DNA of 63,545 nucleotides, filler included. It is 6 parts of 6 records of this genome, joined end to end, with 100 filler letters (N's around TTAATTAATTAA, not from the genome) between each part and the next. Parts side by side here need not be neighbours in the genome. Positions count along the whole stretch, not along the records: positions 1 to 21,989 come from SRR31156797_10057; positions 22,090 to 35,310 come from SRR31156797_10079; 4 more parts are not named here. One strand, given 5' to 3'. Every line of letters begins with the position of its first letter. Position 1 is the stretch's first letter. Of the stretch, positions 17,361-28,094 are shown one piece after another. The notes under the pieces were generated by a model. That model did no database searches, was not told the DNA's origin, and saw only the letters and a program-made list of their open reading frames with translations. The position numbers and the translations under genes were made by a program.

Positions 17361-18857
17361 CTAAATAGCCTGTAAAAATTTAATTAATGCATCCCGATCA
17401 GCTTTAGGGAGATTACGGAACTCCTCCCTTGATTCCTCACCTTCGCCAAAGTGCCAGAGGATTGTCTCCTCAAAATCCCTTGCTCTCAGGTCATGCCACA
17501 TGTCGGTATGATCCACAGCATTTTTCATCATCTGCCGCGCCCACAAAGGTGGTGTTCTAAAAGTTTTTTTCAACCCGTGGTTCATTTCTCCCATTTCGTG
17601 CATCAGGAGATCGGTATACGGGTAGATTTTCTGATTGGCATAGCCAGGGACGTACTTATACTCTTTCCCCGTTGTCCAGAAGGGTTTATGGCACTGATTA
17701 CAGCCGATTCCGTAAAACATCTTCTTACCGCGCTGCACTTTCGGGTCATCCAGGTTTCGAGCTGCGGGGACACCTAAGCCACGCGTCCAGACCATGAGAT
17801 CACTCAACTCCTCCTGGGTCATCTCTTCTGGCTGGTGGCTGTTAAGCAGGGTTGTATCAAGCCCTAATTCCCCCTGTTTATCTATCCATTGTTGAGTTGC
17901 AAACAGTTTCGGCCTGTCTTTACGGGTATAGTTGTACACGCTCCAACTACCGTTGAACCCGGGACCATTCTGCAGGCTTGCCCTGGCATTGTGAGAGGTA
18001 AATTTGCCGAGGTGCTTCTTGCCATCATAGGGTTCCTTGATCCATCTCCCGTGCTTGCCTTTGATCGGGCCAGGCAAAGCCTGCTGTCTTTCATATTCTT
18101 TAATTATGTCTTCATCAGGAATGGCATCAAGCAAACCTGTTCCGTAAATACCAATGGTCCCTTCTATGCTTACCTTTGCGCCTTCGGGCAGAGGAAACAT
18201 TGGATCAACTATTTCAGCAGTGGGATATATAAGGGTTCCCTCATACGCTTTACCTGCGTTATAAGGAGTACCGTCTGGATACGTGTTGTCATATTGGTCT
18301 ACGTATTCATGCCAATCAATTTTCACGTCACTTGCAGGCGGAACATATGGCGGTGTTGCCATGGTCTGCAGCATGAACTTATAACCATCGACAAACTTCC
18401 CCTCCTTTGTATGAACAAAGGCGATATAACCATTACCGAACTGATGACTCTTAAATTTTTCCACTCTGCGGGCCCGCCCATAGTTCGGATGGCAGTTTCT
18501 GCATGATACATTATTATAAACAGGTCCTAAGCCACCATATGGAGCATCGGGGTCAGTCACAAAATCCGCTTCAAAAATAGCTTCCCCTTCTGCAAACTGT
18601 TCTGAAAGTTTCGGGTCAGCATCAATGGCAGGCGATGGCAATTCAAGACAACGTGAGGTTGTGCTGAACACTGTCCCCATCTTACCCCCTGAAAAATATT
18701 CTTCGGAAAGTCCAGGCGGGATCCCGCCAATGGCGACATGGGCCTGCACCATTGAATAGAGTCCGCCGGTAATACATTCCGCAGCTCCCAACGCGCCTAA
18801 AAGACAAAATGTTGTCGTCAGCTTTTTCTTTCTGTTTACAACAGATAATATATTCAT
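17361..18857 (-). CDS. Di-heme oxidoreductase family (DHOR/DUF1111) c-type cytochrome
   Basis: GLGPVYNNVSCRNCH, GTGLLDAIP, GCNQCHKP, YTDLLMHEMG, RTPPLW, HDLRAR. Confidence 0.9.
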   Translation of the reverse strand: MNILSVVNRKKKLTTTFCLLGALGAAECITGGLYSMVQAHVAIGGIPPGLSEEYFSGGKMGTVFSTTSRCLELPSPAIDADPKLSEQFAEGEAIFEADFVTDPDAPYGGLGPVYNNVSCRNCHPNYGRARRVEKFKSHQFGNGYIAFVHTKEGKFVDGYKFMLQTMATPPYVPPASDVKIDWHEYVDQYDNTYPDGTPYNAGKAYEGTLIYPTAEIVDPMFPLPEGAKVSIEGTIGIYGTGLLDAIPDEDIIKEYERQQALPGPIKGKHGRWIKEPYDGKKHLGKFTSHNARASLQNGPGFNGSWSVYNYTRKDRPKLFATQQWIDKQGELGLDTTLLNSHQPEEMTQEELSDLMVWTRGLGVPAARNLDDPKVQRGKKMFYGIGCNQCHKPFWTTGKEYKYVPGYANQKIYPYTDLLMHEMGEMNHGLKKTFRTPPLWARQMMKNAVDHTDMWHDLRARDFEETILWHFGEGEESREEFRNLPKADRDALIKFLQAI

Positions 18858-18917
18858 ATGATTCTCTCTTTAATCATTTTTTACCCACACGATGTTGATA
18901 TACGCCCTTTTGCGCCA

Positions 18918-20090
18918 TTACTTCTTGAGATCGCTGCCATAAGGAGCAAAAGGTTCCACTGCCGGGTCTGCGGTTACCAGGGGAGTAGCCACCATCATCC
19001 GTGAAGCCAGCTTTTCGCACTCAGCTATCGCCAACTTTACAGCAACCTCCTTTTTCTCAGGCGGTGCTCCCTTTATTGCTGCTATACGTTTGGTTGTATG
19101 TGCAAACGCGGTTTTTATACGGTCATCGAGGGCTTTATCCTTAGCTGCAACCAACTCGGAAAAAGAAGTCCCACGGGCACTGGGTACACCGCCAAGATAG
19201 GAGTTTTCAACCCCTTCAAGAAGGTCAGCCAGCTCAGTATACGGGTCAATACTGTCCCAGTATTCAAGATTGTTTTCATCTCTTTCAGTGAGTTCCTCAA
19301 TGGCAGGCACCATATCTTCAAGAACAGTGGTACTTTCCTGGATAAGCTCCTGCAGCGGAACGGAAACGGAAAAATAGCGGCTTCCCTCCTCACCGGGATT
19401 TTTAAATTCCCAGGCATAAGAAGTATGGTGTTTGAAGCCTGCTTTTTTTAGAATCTCCTGTTTTTGCGGGGAAAGATTATTTGTACCTACCCAGGTTGCC
19501 TGAAAATCAACCCCCTCTTCAACCATAGCTCCGGAAACGGCTGCAAGATAATCAAGTTCAACCGGAGTAATATCAGCTGCGTTACGTGGTTTCCCGTCCC
19601 TGAACAACAGATATTTTATGCTATAGAGACCGCGTATGGATGCTGTTTGCTCGCGCAGCGCTGCAGGTGTAGTTTCAAGCTTACCAGCTTCCACCTCTTT
19701 AAGAGCATGTTCAAGCAGAACCTTATCTACCGGCCAGATGGCCAACTGCTTATGGTAATCGTAATGTGCTGCCGGTCCGTACATGAAAATCTGTGATTTA
19801 TTAAACTCGGCTAGAACATCTGCCCAGGCCTGCACGGTTTCGTTCAGAGCGGCATCGTCCTTATTTTTCTGCAGCGTATGTGTTGCCTGATCCAACACCA
19901 GAATATTCTGAACCAGTACTTCTATTGTTTTCAAAACAGTATTATCGGTATAATTTTTGATGGCTTTTACGGCCTTACGTTTAAACAAATAGTCTCCCAC
20001 GTTGTCTTTTACGCCTGCACTCACCGGCATAACACCAACCAAGGCAGTCACGGCCAGACAATTCGCCCATACAACAAAAAAACGCTTCAT
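18918..20090 (-). CDS. Imelysin-family periplasmic protein
   Basis: Signal peptide, QAW..FMYGPA, IWPVD, RGLYSIKYLLF, NSYLGG; AGGAG RBS before 20090. Confidence 0.8.
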   Translation of the reverse strand: MKRFFVVWANCLAVTALVGVMPVSAGVKDNVGDYLFKRKAVKAIKNYTDNTVLKTIEVLVQNILVLDQATHTLQKNKDDAALNETVQAWADVLAEFNKSQIFMYGPAAHYDYHKQLAIWPVDKVLLEHALKEVEAGKLETTPAALREQTASIRGLYSIKYLLFRDGKPRNAADITPVELDYLAAVSGAMVEEGVDFQATWVGTNNLSPQKQEILKKAGFKHHTSYAWEFKNPGEEGSRYFSVSVPLQELIQESTTVLEDMVPAIEELTERDENNLEYWDSIDPYTELADLLEGVENSYLGGVPSARGTSFSELVAAKDKALDDRIKTAFAHTTKRIAAIKGAPPEKKEVAVKLAIAECEKLASRMMVATPLVTADPAVEPFAPYGSDLKK

Positions 20091-20377
20091 CTTTACTCCT
20101 GTCTGTCTTTTTTGTTTTACCCCAGGGGGGCACCCCCACATCTCGTATACTGAAATATCACCTTTAAAGTTACGGCTCAGATGGCTACATATTGCCCCTG
20201 CCCAGGCGAGCAGGGCAACTCTTCCGGCTTTTCACGTAAGCCCCAAAAAACAGCGCCTTAGGGAAAAATTTACCCCTTACCCACACCCCAATGCCATCAG
20301 GTCATGGAGTAGATATAAGCAAGGAAAACCGTAGCGTTACGATCCCTATGGGTAGTTACACTAATATGTATGCTCAC

Positions 20378-21496
20378 CTACTGCCGAGTGAGCTGAGCCT
20401 CCAGCCCAGCCCGTACATTGAGTTCCAAAACAAGTGCGGCTTCTGCAATGAGTTTTTGCAGTTTATCCAAGTGCTTATAGACTTTCTTCAAAGCCTTAGA
20501 ATCTCTTTCCAGCGCTTGATAGAATACGACATTCTTGTTCTCCATCTTGGCGAACATTTTCTTCACCTTATCCAACTGTTTTTCAATATCTTGGGATAAT
20601 GCAGGATTTTTTTGATGGGACAGACCATCCTTGGTTGCGACAAGCTCAAGTAGCCCAATGTTGTCTTCACCTGCCAAAACTGACTCAACGCCTTCAATGG
20701 TGGCTAAGAATCCCTCTCTGGTGCTTTTACTGTATGGCGCATCGAGCAATTCAGGTTTGGCCTTACCTTTAAAAAAATTACTTGGAATACTAATTTCATC
20801 GCGCAACATTTTTTCCAGTGTATTAAGGGTTTCAGCGACCACCAGGCTCATTGCATCTCCAGGAAGAAGGTATGGCAGCCCGTCCCCGGCAGAGATAAAT
20901 CCTTGCCTGAATTCCTTGTCCCATTGTTCCTTTGCTTCCGTCGTTAAGGTGACTATTTCACAGGTAACATCAGCAAGATGTGCGCACCGCGCGTTGCCTA
21001 CAGTTTCATCTACACTTTTCGGAGCAAAGAGCAGGTACTCTACTGCCCTGTATCCGCGCACGTCAGGACCCCTTCGCAGGTCGACAAATTCATCAGAATT
21101 AACAACAGCCTCAAGCACGATGTCATTTATTGGTTTACCAATCTGATCCGCCAACGTATCGGCAGGTTCAATCAAATAAGGTGCAGCACTACGCCATGCA
21201 AGGTGAGCTTTTTTCCAAGCATTCCGTGTCGACAGAAGAGCTTTATCATCTCTACCCGTACACAACTGTTGCACTGCCTTTTCAAGGCTTTTGCCAGTCT
21301 CAACTACATTGATCAGATGCGCATCGATCCCTTTTGTTGTCATAACTTCAAGCACCTCAGTTTCCGTTGGCCCAGCAGTTGCGACACTAACTGCCATAAA
21401 GGTAGAAAAAGTAACAATGAACCCTGTAGCCATGACTAATCGACAGCGGCACCATAAAACTGAAAAACGATTATGTAGCATGATATTCAACTCCAA
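20378..21496 (-). CDS. Imelysin-family periplasmic protein
   Basis: TRNAWKKAHLAW, RGYRAVEYLLF, ARCAHL, DAPYS. Confidence 0.8.
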   Translation of the reverse strand: MELNIMLHNRFSVLWCRCRLVMATGFIVTFSTFMAVSVATAGPTETEVLEVMTTKGIDAHLINVVETGKSLEKAVQQLCTGRDDKALLSTRNAWKKAHLAWRSAAPYLIEPADTLADQIGKPINDIVLEAVVNSDEFVDLRRGPDVRGYRAVEYLLFAPKSVDETVGNARCAHLADVTCEIVTLTTEAKEQWDKEFRQGFISAGDGLPYLLPGDAMSLVVAETLNTLEKMLRDEISIPSNFFKGKAKPELLDAPYSKSTREGFLATIEGVESVLAGEDNIGLLELVATKDGLSHQKNPALSQDIEKQLDKVKKMFAKMENKNVVFYQALERDSKALKKVYKHLDKLQKLIAEAALVLELNVRAGLEAQLTRQ

Positions 21497-21989
21497 TTGC
21501 TAATGCAGGAATGGGTTAAACTCTTCACCCCCATACAGGTTTAGACGCTGGATATACCATCTCGATAATTCAACATCTCATTTTTTGAAAGTGTGAACAT
21601 AATTTCAATTCCCTAACTTTTCCGTGACAAATATCACGAAACACAATGATACGATCATATTTTAAGACATCTTAAAAAAGAACCCGCACCGCTGTCCTGA
21701 TTACAGAAAATGCTAACCCGAACTCCTTATGAACTTTTTGATTTCAAACTCAATTAAATGACATTATTGTTTGAAAATTAACTGTTCAATTAACATTGTG
21801 TTTCTTGTTTTAAATCAAAAAGTTCCCACTTTGGGCTAAGGAGTTATCCTTAACCTGTAAAAGGTACTTAATTGGAGCGAAAAAACTAAAAAAGCCCTCT
21901 GCAATTATATTGAAATCCATTACAGTAACAGGGATAGTATTGGACAAATGGAGAGAATATCAGTGCTGTCTCATAGTTTAGCCCCAGAA

Positions 21990-22089
21990 NNNNNNNNNNN
22001 NNNNNNNNNNNNNNNNNNNNNNNNNNNNNNNNNTTAATTAATTAANNNNNNNNNNNNNNNNNNNNNNNNNNNNNNNNNNNNNNNNNNNN
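21990..22089. other. Artificial contig linker
   Basis: N44-TTAATTAATTAA-N44. Confidence 0.99.
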
Positions 22090-22150
22090 TCATCCGTATC
22101 ATCCACCAGACTACAGCGACAGAAATCAACAGAACAAAAGCTGTCTTCAT
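22090..22150 (-). CDS. 5' fragment of a gene cut by the contig edge
   Basis: MKTAFVLLISVAVVWWMIRM, signal/TM-like. Confidence 0.35.
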
Positions 22151-22332
22151 TTTCTCAACCTTATGAAATGAGTATAGTAGCAATTTAATTTGCAGTTATG
22201 ACTATATGAGCGAAGCATTACGAGAGCGTTACACTCTTGTTATTTTTTCGTTAACTGGGCCGTAAAACATTTTCGTTGCGCTGATACATGCTGCATGAAA
22301 GAGGATGAGGAAGGGAATCCAAGGTAAGCTAT

Positions 22333-22787
22333 CTAGTGTCTGTCCATAAATGGCATTTTTTTCAAAGGCGGTCGCTGCCAGTCGTCCCAGCGAACACAAT
22401 CGATTCATGGGACAAGCAAACTTTTGCTGTCCTTTTTAGCTTGTCATATGCAAATTCCTTCAAAAACCGAAATCAAGGCGCACCTATCCAGTCTGTTTAG
22501 AGACAGACCGCCAAACAACTGGCTGTTAAGCGAGTTGTTGACGCGCTATGGTAAGCAGGTTGGCAGAGACTATCGACGCCACACATAACTCTTGAACGCC
22601 TCAAATCCTTTCCAGGTGCAACGAGGCAAGCCAAGGCTTCGTTTCAACCGAGAGATACCGGATTCTATCCCTGCTCTAAAGATTCGAATGCCCTTATCTT
22701 TTGCTTCCTGAAGGTTTGTTTGAGATGCAAAACCGCCATCAAAACACGCCTGCAAAGGATAGCGACCGTAAATATCATTTTGCCTGT
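22333..22787 (-). mobile_element. Degraded IS (ISNCY/IS5-like DDE transposase) 3' remnant with probable terminal IR
   Basis: DGGFAS..NL..AK..GI / FRAGIESGISRLKR..GL.RCTWKG..F; frameshifted tail ASIVSANLLTIAR ending at 22526; IR-like CTAGTGTCTGTCCATAAAT at 22333. Confidence 0.75.
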
Positions 22788-22805
22788 CAGGCTTGCTGCT
22801 AACTG

Positions 22806-23145
22806 TTAGTGAATATTCTGTGCCGCAACCCTGACCTTGTCAATTACATTAGCTGGAAGCGGAATGTATCTGGCCTTGTCAGAAATATTCTGTCCTTCAT
22901 CAAGGCAGCAGGTAACCATCTTACGCAGTGATTCAGCTTTTTTAGGATCGTCGTACTTCTTGTAGAAAACCATCCAAGTATAGGTTGCAATGGGGTAAGA
23001 CTCAGCAACAGCTGGATCGGAGAGCCATACGATCATGTTCTCAGGAATGGTAGCGTTGGCAAGTGCAGCCTGACCACCTTCAAGACCAGGAGCAGTGAAA
23101 TGTCCTTCCTTGTTTTCCAGGCTGGCCATTGCAAGCTTGGCCATT
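22806..23145 (-). pseudogene. pstS: PstS phosphate-binding protein C-terminal fragment
   Basis: ASLENKEGHFTAP, DPAVAESYPIATYTW, YIPLP; the N-terminal two-thirds is absent. Confidence 0.75.
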
Positions 23146-23707
23146 GTTAATGAGGGCAATAAATAACGAGCCGTTTGTCACGATGAAGTTTGACAACGGC
23201 AAGTAATTGGGTCACTTGAATTTTCTGAATGACCCAACCTGAAAAATCGTATAAATGACGTAATGAGGGGTTGCTGGACATGATTGAGAGTCACCATAGT
23301 TAAATAATCTGAGCAATTATTTGATATGGCAAAACTTTCAGCCAGTCAACCCCTCACTATTTTCTGCAACTGTGACAAAGACCCAAATTTTTCATCCCAT
23401 CCAAGACTGACCACCTCTCTCAAAATCAGCCAGCCTTGTTTCCTCAATATCTATTTATGAGGTGACCATTTTTCTAGTCACCCCTGACAATGGGTGGTTT
23501 TAGTCACATATTTTTCCGCAAATGAGAGGCAAGCAGGTCCCAAGGGTCTTTATACGGACAGCTTTGTTGCCAGTATTTTCCATACTTTTATTACCGTGAT
23601 GCTGACTCGCGTCCCAAATTTAACGGTTTCTATCTGATGGGCTTTATAGTGCACTCAGGTCATGTACGTTCCGGCCATACAAAGTCGTCGGAATCTCTAT
23701 AGCAGAC

Positions 23708-26700
23708 TCAGCTGTTTTTTACTCTGTACTCAAGTGGGTTATTAACATCCATTTGTTCTTGAATGAGATAATCTTCCCCATACTTGCGGCAGACATCACT
23801 CTCCAGTAACAGATTAAACAGATCTCTATCCAGATGCCCTTCTTCGCACATCTGTTTCATTATCAGAAGTACCTCACTCAAAGGCTTTGCCTTTTTATAT
23901 GGTCTGTCCCATGAGCTCAGAGCTTCAAACACATCAGCTATTGCCATCATTCGTGCAGGCAAAGACATCTCACTCCCTTTCAAGCCACGCGGGTAACCCT
24001 TTCCATCTATTCGCTCATGATGATTTGTAGCAAACTCAGAAATATTTGAAAGCGATGGAGGGAAAGGCAGGGTATCTAGCATGAAAATGGTCTGGATAAT
24101 ATGCTCTTGGATGATAAATCGCTCTTCTACGGTTAGCGTTCCCTTTGGTACGGAGAGGTTATACAATTCCCCATAGTTATATTTATATTGAGGGACAGGC
24201 ATAACAAAATTATGTGTACTCAAACGACGCAGCTCTTCCTCGGAACGAAAGACAAGATGCTCGGGATTGTCGACAAGCAGTAGCCCAGTACCTGGTAATG
24301 GAGTATCTGATGGAAGCTTTTTGAGCTCCTCAGCTGACAGCCCAAGTTTTTCATCAAAATAGGTCTTGAAAGTCCGCGAGCCAATCACCTTAAGCCTTTC
24401 TTGCTGACTCTGACTAAGCACTTCACTATTCAGGTTGCATCGTGCAACAAAGGCAAAATCATCGGTGAGCTTCTGCCTCTCCTGCTCAAGCAGTTTGCTT
24501 ATATTTTTTTCTACATGTTGTAGATCAATTTGCTGTCTCAACAGGGTAATTTCACTGTCACGTAAGAGCACCTCAAAGCGGGTTCGAATTTCATGAATTC
24601 TGTTAGTAAGTATCTCAAGTTTTGTTGCCTTCCCTACCACCCGCTCAGGAATGGTTAGTTTCCCGCAATCATGAAGCCAGGCAGCAACTTCGAAGGTCCG
24701 CCATTCATCTTCGGATTGAAAAGAAAAATCAGCAAGTGGTCCATCGCGGCAATCATCTGCTACTTCAGCAAGCAGCCGAGCGACAACCGGGACCCTAGCA
24801 CAGTGGTTTCCAGTGTGGGGTGACTTGGCATCTATGGCACCAGCCATCACTTTGAGCACTGCATCCATAAGCTCCTGGAGTGAAGCAAGTAAATCCCTGT
24901 TTTCAAGAGCCGCAGCAGCCTGTGCAGCGAGTGCCTTGGCAAACTCTATCTCCCGTTCACCAAACAACTCCTGTTGCGCACCCTCCACTAGAGGATCCTC
25001 AAATAAAAGCAGAAGTCCTTTACTTTTTCCCTGCGAAGTATTCATAGGTACTGATAGCAACGTACACCTGCTACCCTCTTCCAGAAGACCACGCGGGAAC
25101 CACTCGTACTCGTAAGGAGTGAATGAGCTTATTCTGATTGGTTGATGTTGCTCAGTTATATTAAATAAGTATTCGTGAATACTTACGGCCCCACAGCTAC
25201 CTGCCTCCTTGAACTGTATGGGCGCTATTTCAACAGGTTCTCCATCAACACAAACTGCCGAAGAAAGCCCATTTTTATGGAGAAAAACAGGATAAAGGAT
25301 ATGCTGTTTTTCATCCATCCGATACAGGACTGCGTGTTTTGCACGTGTAAGCTCAATAGCGGAATGAAAAATTAACTCAAGCAATCTGTTGATATCTTTT
25401 TCAGATGAAAGCGAAATTCCACGATCAACAAGTGTTTCCAGTTTTCGCTGCGTTGCATAAAGGCTTTCAGTTCTTTCCCGTATAGTCGTCTTCATCAGGG
25501 TAAAGGAATGAATAAGAGTGTATATTTCGCGAATAATAGAGTCTTGTTTGGGAGAGTCGGTAAAGTCAAGCTGCTGTACTTTTTCAGCCTCGCCAGCCAA
25601 GCGTGTGAGCGCCTGTGATACCCGAAAAGAAAGAAGCAGCGCAAAAAATACAGCTATGAAAAGAACAAAACCTGAAAGCAAAAACGTTCGACGCTGCATT
25701 TTCCTGATGTGCCCAGTGAAGTCTGTTACCGGGGCCACGATAGCTGCTATTTGCTCCCCCCCCCACCGACTACCAAAGCGTTCAAACTGCACCATGCTCT
25801 TCTGACCGTTTATTTCAAAAAAAAGGAGTGTCCATGGATTAATCCCGCGATAACTGTCCCAGAGTTCTGCGACCGCTCGTACCTCAGCATTCTGTGAATT
25901 TTCCATGTCGACATACCAAAGACTCGATTGGGTACCCTTTCTTATTACTGCTACTGCCAATTCGTTGGGGTGCGCCAGCAATCTGCTCTTGTGATCAAAT
26001 AAAAAAGCCGAACCATGATCAGATACCTGCTGATCCCAAAAAAATTGAGTAAAGTGGGATAGAGCTATATCCACACCAAAAACTCCATTTCCATGTTCCA
26101 TGGCACAAACACATGTGATCCCTGGGATATTTCCATATTTCAGGACATATGGTTCGGTAAAAAACAAAGTAGTCCTATCTTTTATAGCTTGACTGTAGTG
26201 CGGAAGATCGCGTGGATCAGATGAAGTGCTTGTAGAGCTGTAGCTCTTCACAATATCTCCGGTAGCAGACAAATACGTCCAATGTTCTTGCCATATGGCA
26301 CCAGAACCTTTGGTTATTGCATGGATAATTTTATAGGTTTTTATTGGAGCCTCAAATGCAACATTTTGCGCGACTTTCCCTTTTGTGGCAATAACCTGCA
26401 GATAGGCACCACCACCATACGTACAGTGAAGAGCTAACAGATGTTCATTTGAATCCAATGCCTGCATAAGCCATGGCAGTGCAGGATGCCCCATCCCGTT
26501 ACCTGTAGGCTCAACGGGAAGAGAAGTGTGAATGGATGCAGTTTCTGCGAGAGCAGCAGTTCGATCATAGACCGCTGAACCTTTAGCCAGAAGCTTGGCA
26601 CCAATTTCAGTAAACAGCCGCTCTGTCATATCGATAGAGGCAGCAGTACTTTCATGTTGTACAATAAGGAGGGTTGCTCCGGAAAGGCCTATCACAAGTA

Positions 26701-26842
26701 GTATGACAAGGGTGGCCAGGCTGACGGAGAATTTAATCTTTACGGGATTTTTGAAAATCATCGTTATGATCTCTGGCAATATAGAAAAATCATGTGCAGG
26801 CGATCTTTCTTTACCTTTTGTAACTTTTTGATCAGATGACAC
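23708..26842 (-). CDS. Membrane HD-GYP phosphodiesterase (Cache-HAMP-GAF-HD-GYP)
   Basis: Two TM segments around a Cache-like region (TEPY..GVDI), DAKSPHTGNHC, WLHDCGK, HHERIDGKGYP, ADVFEAL. Confidence 0.9.
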   Translation of the reverse strand: MSSDQKVTKGKERSPAHDFSILPEIITMIFKNPVKIKFSVSLATLVILLVIGLSGATLLIVQHESTAASIDMTERLFTEIGAKLLAKGSAVYDRTAALAETASIHTSLPVEPTGNGMGHPALPWLMQALDSNEHLLALHCTYGGGAYLQVIATKGKVAQNVAFEAPIKTYKIIHAITKGSGAIWQEHWTYLSATGDIVKSYSSTSTSSDPRDLPHYSQAIKDRTTLFFTEPYVLKYGNIPGITCVCAMEHGNGVFGVDIALSHFTQFFWDQQVSDHGSAFLFDHKSRLLAHPNELAVAVIRKGTQSSLWYVDMENSQNAEVRAVAELWDSYRGINPWTLLFFEINGQKSMVQFERFGSRWGGEQIAAIVAPVTDFTGHIRKMQRRTFLLSGFVLFIAVFFALLLSFRVSQALTRLAGEAEKVQQLDFTDSPKQDSIIREIYTLIHSFTLMKTTIRERTESLYATQRKLETLVDRGISLSSEKDINRLLELIFHSAIELTRAKHAVLYRMDEKQHILYPVFLHKNGLSSAVCVDGEPVEIAPIQFKEAGSCGAVSIHEYLFNITEQHQPIRISSFTPYEYEWFPRGLLEEGSRCTLLSVPMNTSQGKSKGLLLLFEDPLVEGAQQELFGEREIEFAKALAAQAAAALENRDLLASLQELMDAVLKVMAGAIDAKSPHTGNHCARVPVVARLLAEVADDCRDGPLADFSFQSEDEWRTFEVAAWLHDCGKLTIPERVVGKATKLEILTNRIHEIRTRFEVLLRDSEITLLRQQIDLQHVEKNISKLLEQERQKLTDDFAFVARCNLNSEVLSQSQQERLKVIGSRTFKTYFDEKLGLSAEELKKLPSDTPLPGTGLLLVDNPEHLVFRSEEELRRLSTHNFVMPVPQYKYNYGELYNLSVPKGTLTVEERFIIQEHIIQTIFMLDTLPFPPSLSNISEFATNHHERIDGKGYPRGLKGSEMSLPARMMAIADVFEALSSWDRPYKKAKPLSEVLLIMKQMCEEGHLDRDLFNLLLESDVCRKYGEDYLIQEQMDVNNPLEYRVKNS

Positions 26843-27056
26843 GCCTGTTTAACAAGCAGGCGCGAAGGCGGATAAAGAGTTGTACTATTCCCCGCGTTTA
26901 TCGATTTCAAACTGAACATCAATGAGGTTGGACAGCTGTAGTTCATAGAAAGGACACATTAATTCCGCATTAGGAATCAACAAGAAAACCGTTAAAATCA
27001 TTCATCAGAGAATAAGTATTGTGTGTAATTTACAATTGCAAAAATATTACCCAGCC

Positions 27057-28090
27057 TTACAAAGCACCCTCAATAATTTTAGCTTTTAACATTTCAAGTT
27101 CTTCCAGGACGGCTTCGGAGACGAGGTGGGAAGTATAGGTCATCGGCGAGAGCGAGACACCTTTTTCTCGTAAACCATAGAAATGAACCCCAGGAACAAA
27201 GGTCCCTTCTAAAGCCTGGGTTACAGCCTCATAGGTGGCCGTGTCAATGCGCTTCATTACACTGGTCAAGACAGTCCCTTGCGCAATGTAATCCTGGTTC
27301 GCATCGATCCCGATTACATATTTTTTATTTTTAACCGCTGCACGTATTACCCCATTTCCTGAAGCTCCGGCAGCGCTGAAGATGATATCCACGCCTTGGT
27401 TATACAGGTTATTGGCTTTGATAAATCCCAGGGCCCGGTTATCAAAACCGGATGCAAAGTCATCTCCTTCTGCAAGATATTCACTAATGGGTGTTATGGC
27501 CTCATCAACCAAACTAATTCCTTTTCTAAACCCTTGAAAAAAGTCGCGAATCGCGGGAGCATCCTTCCCGCCAATAAAACCAATCTGCTTACTTTTTGTA
27601 ACCCTGGCAGCAAGCACACCAGCTAAAAGAGACACCTCCTGAGTCTTAAAGACGGAAGAATACACATTGGCCAGGTCGTCTACTGCGACATCATTGATAA
27701 TAAAATAACATTCCGGGTGTAATGGTGCAAAATCTCGCACAATCTTCTCAAATTCAAAACCATTCAAAACAATAATACGCGCACCTGTACCAAGCAATTT
27801 TTCCATGGAGGTTCACGATTTCCATTGGTTACCCCGAAAACCTGCTCGATCACAATTTCAATATTATGCATCTCCGCAGCCTGCAGTAACCCTTCATGGG
27901 CCATATCGTTGAAAGACCGATCACCAAGTCCTGATGCGGGCAATAACAAACCAACGAGGGTACCCTTTGTGGCTGAGGGAGGAGCAGCATTTCCAGCCTG
28001 AGCCAATACAACATCGCAGCAAAAAACGACGGCTAGAAAAAGGGACACAAGTAAGGCGAAAAAGAGAGACGGCTTGCTACTGCACTGCAT
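27057..28090 (-). pseudogene. BMP/PnrA-family substrate-binding protein split by a frameshift near 27800
   Basis: N-part GLGDRSFNDMAHEGL (27764-28090); C-part IGFIGG, GVDIIFSAAG.SG.G, IGIDANQ, SVMKRID (27057-27806). Confidence 0.8.
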
Positions 28091-28094
28091 GTGG

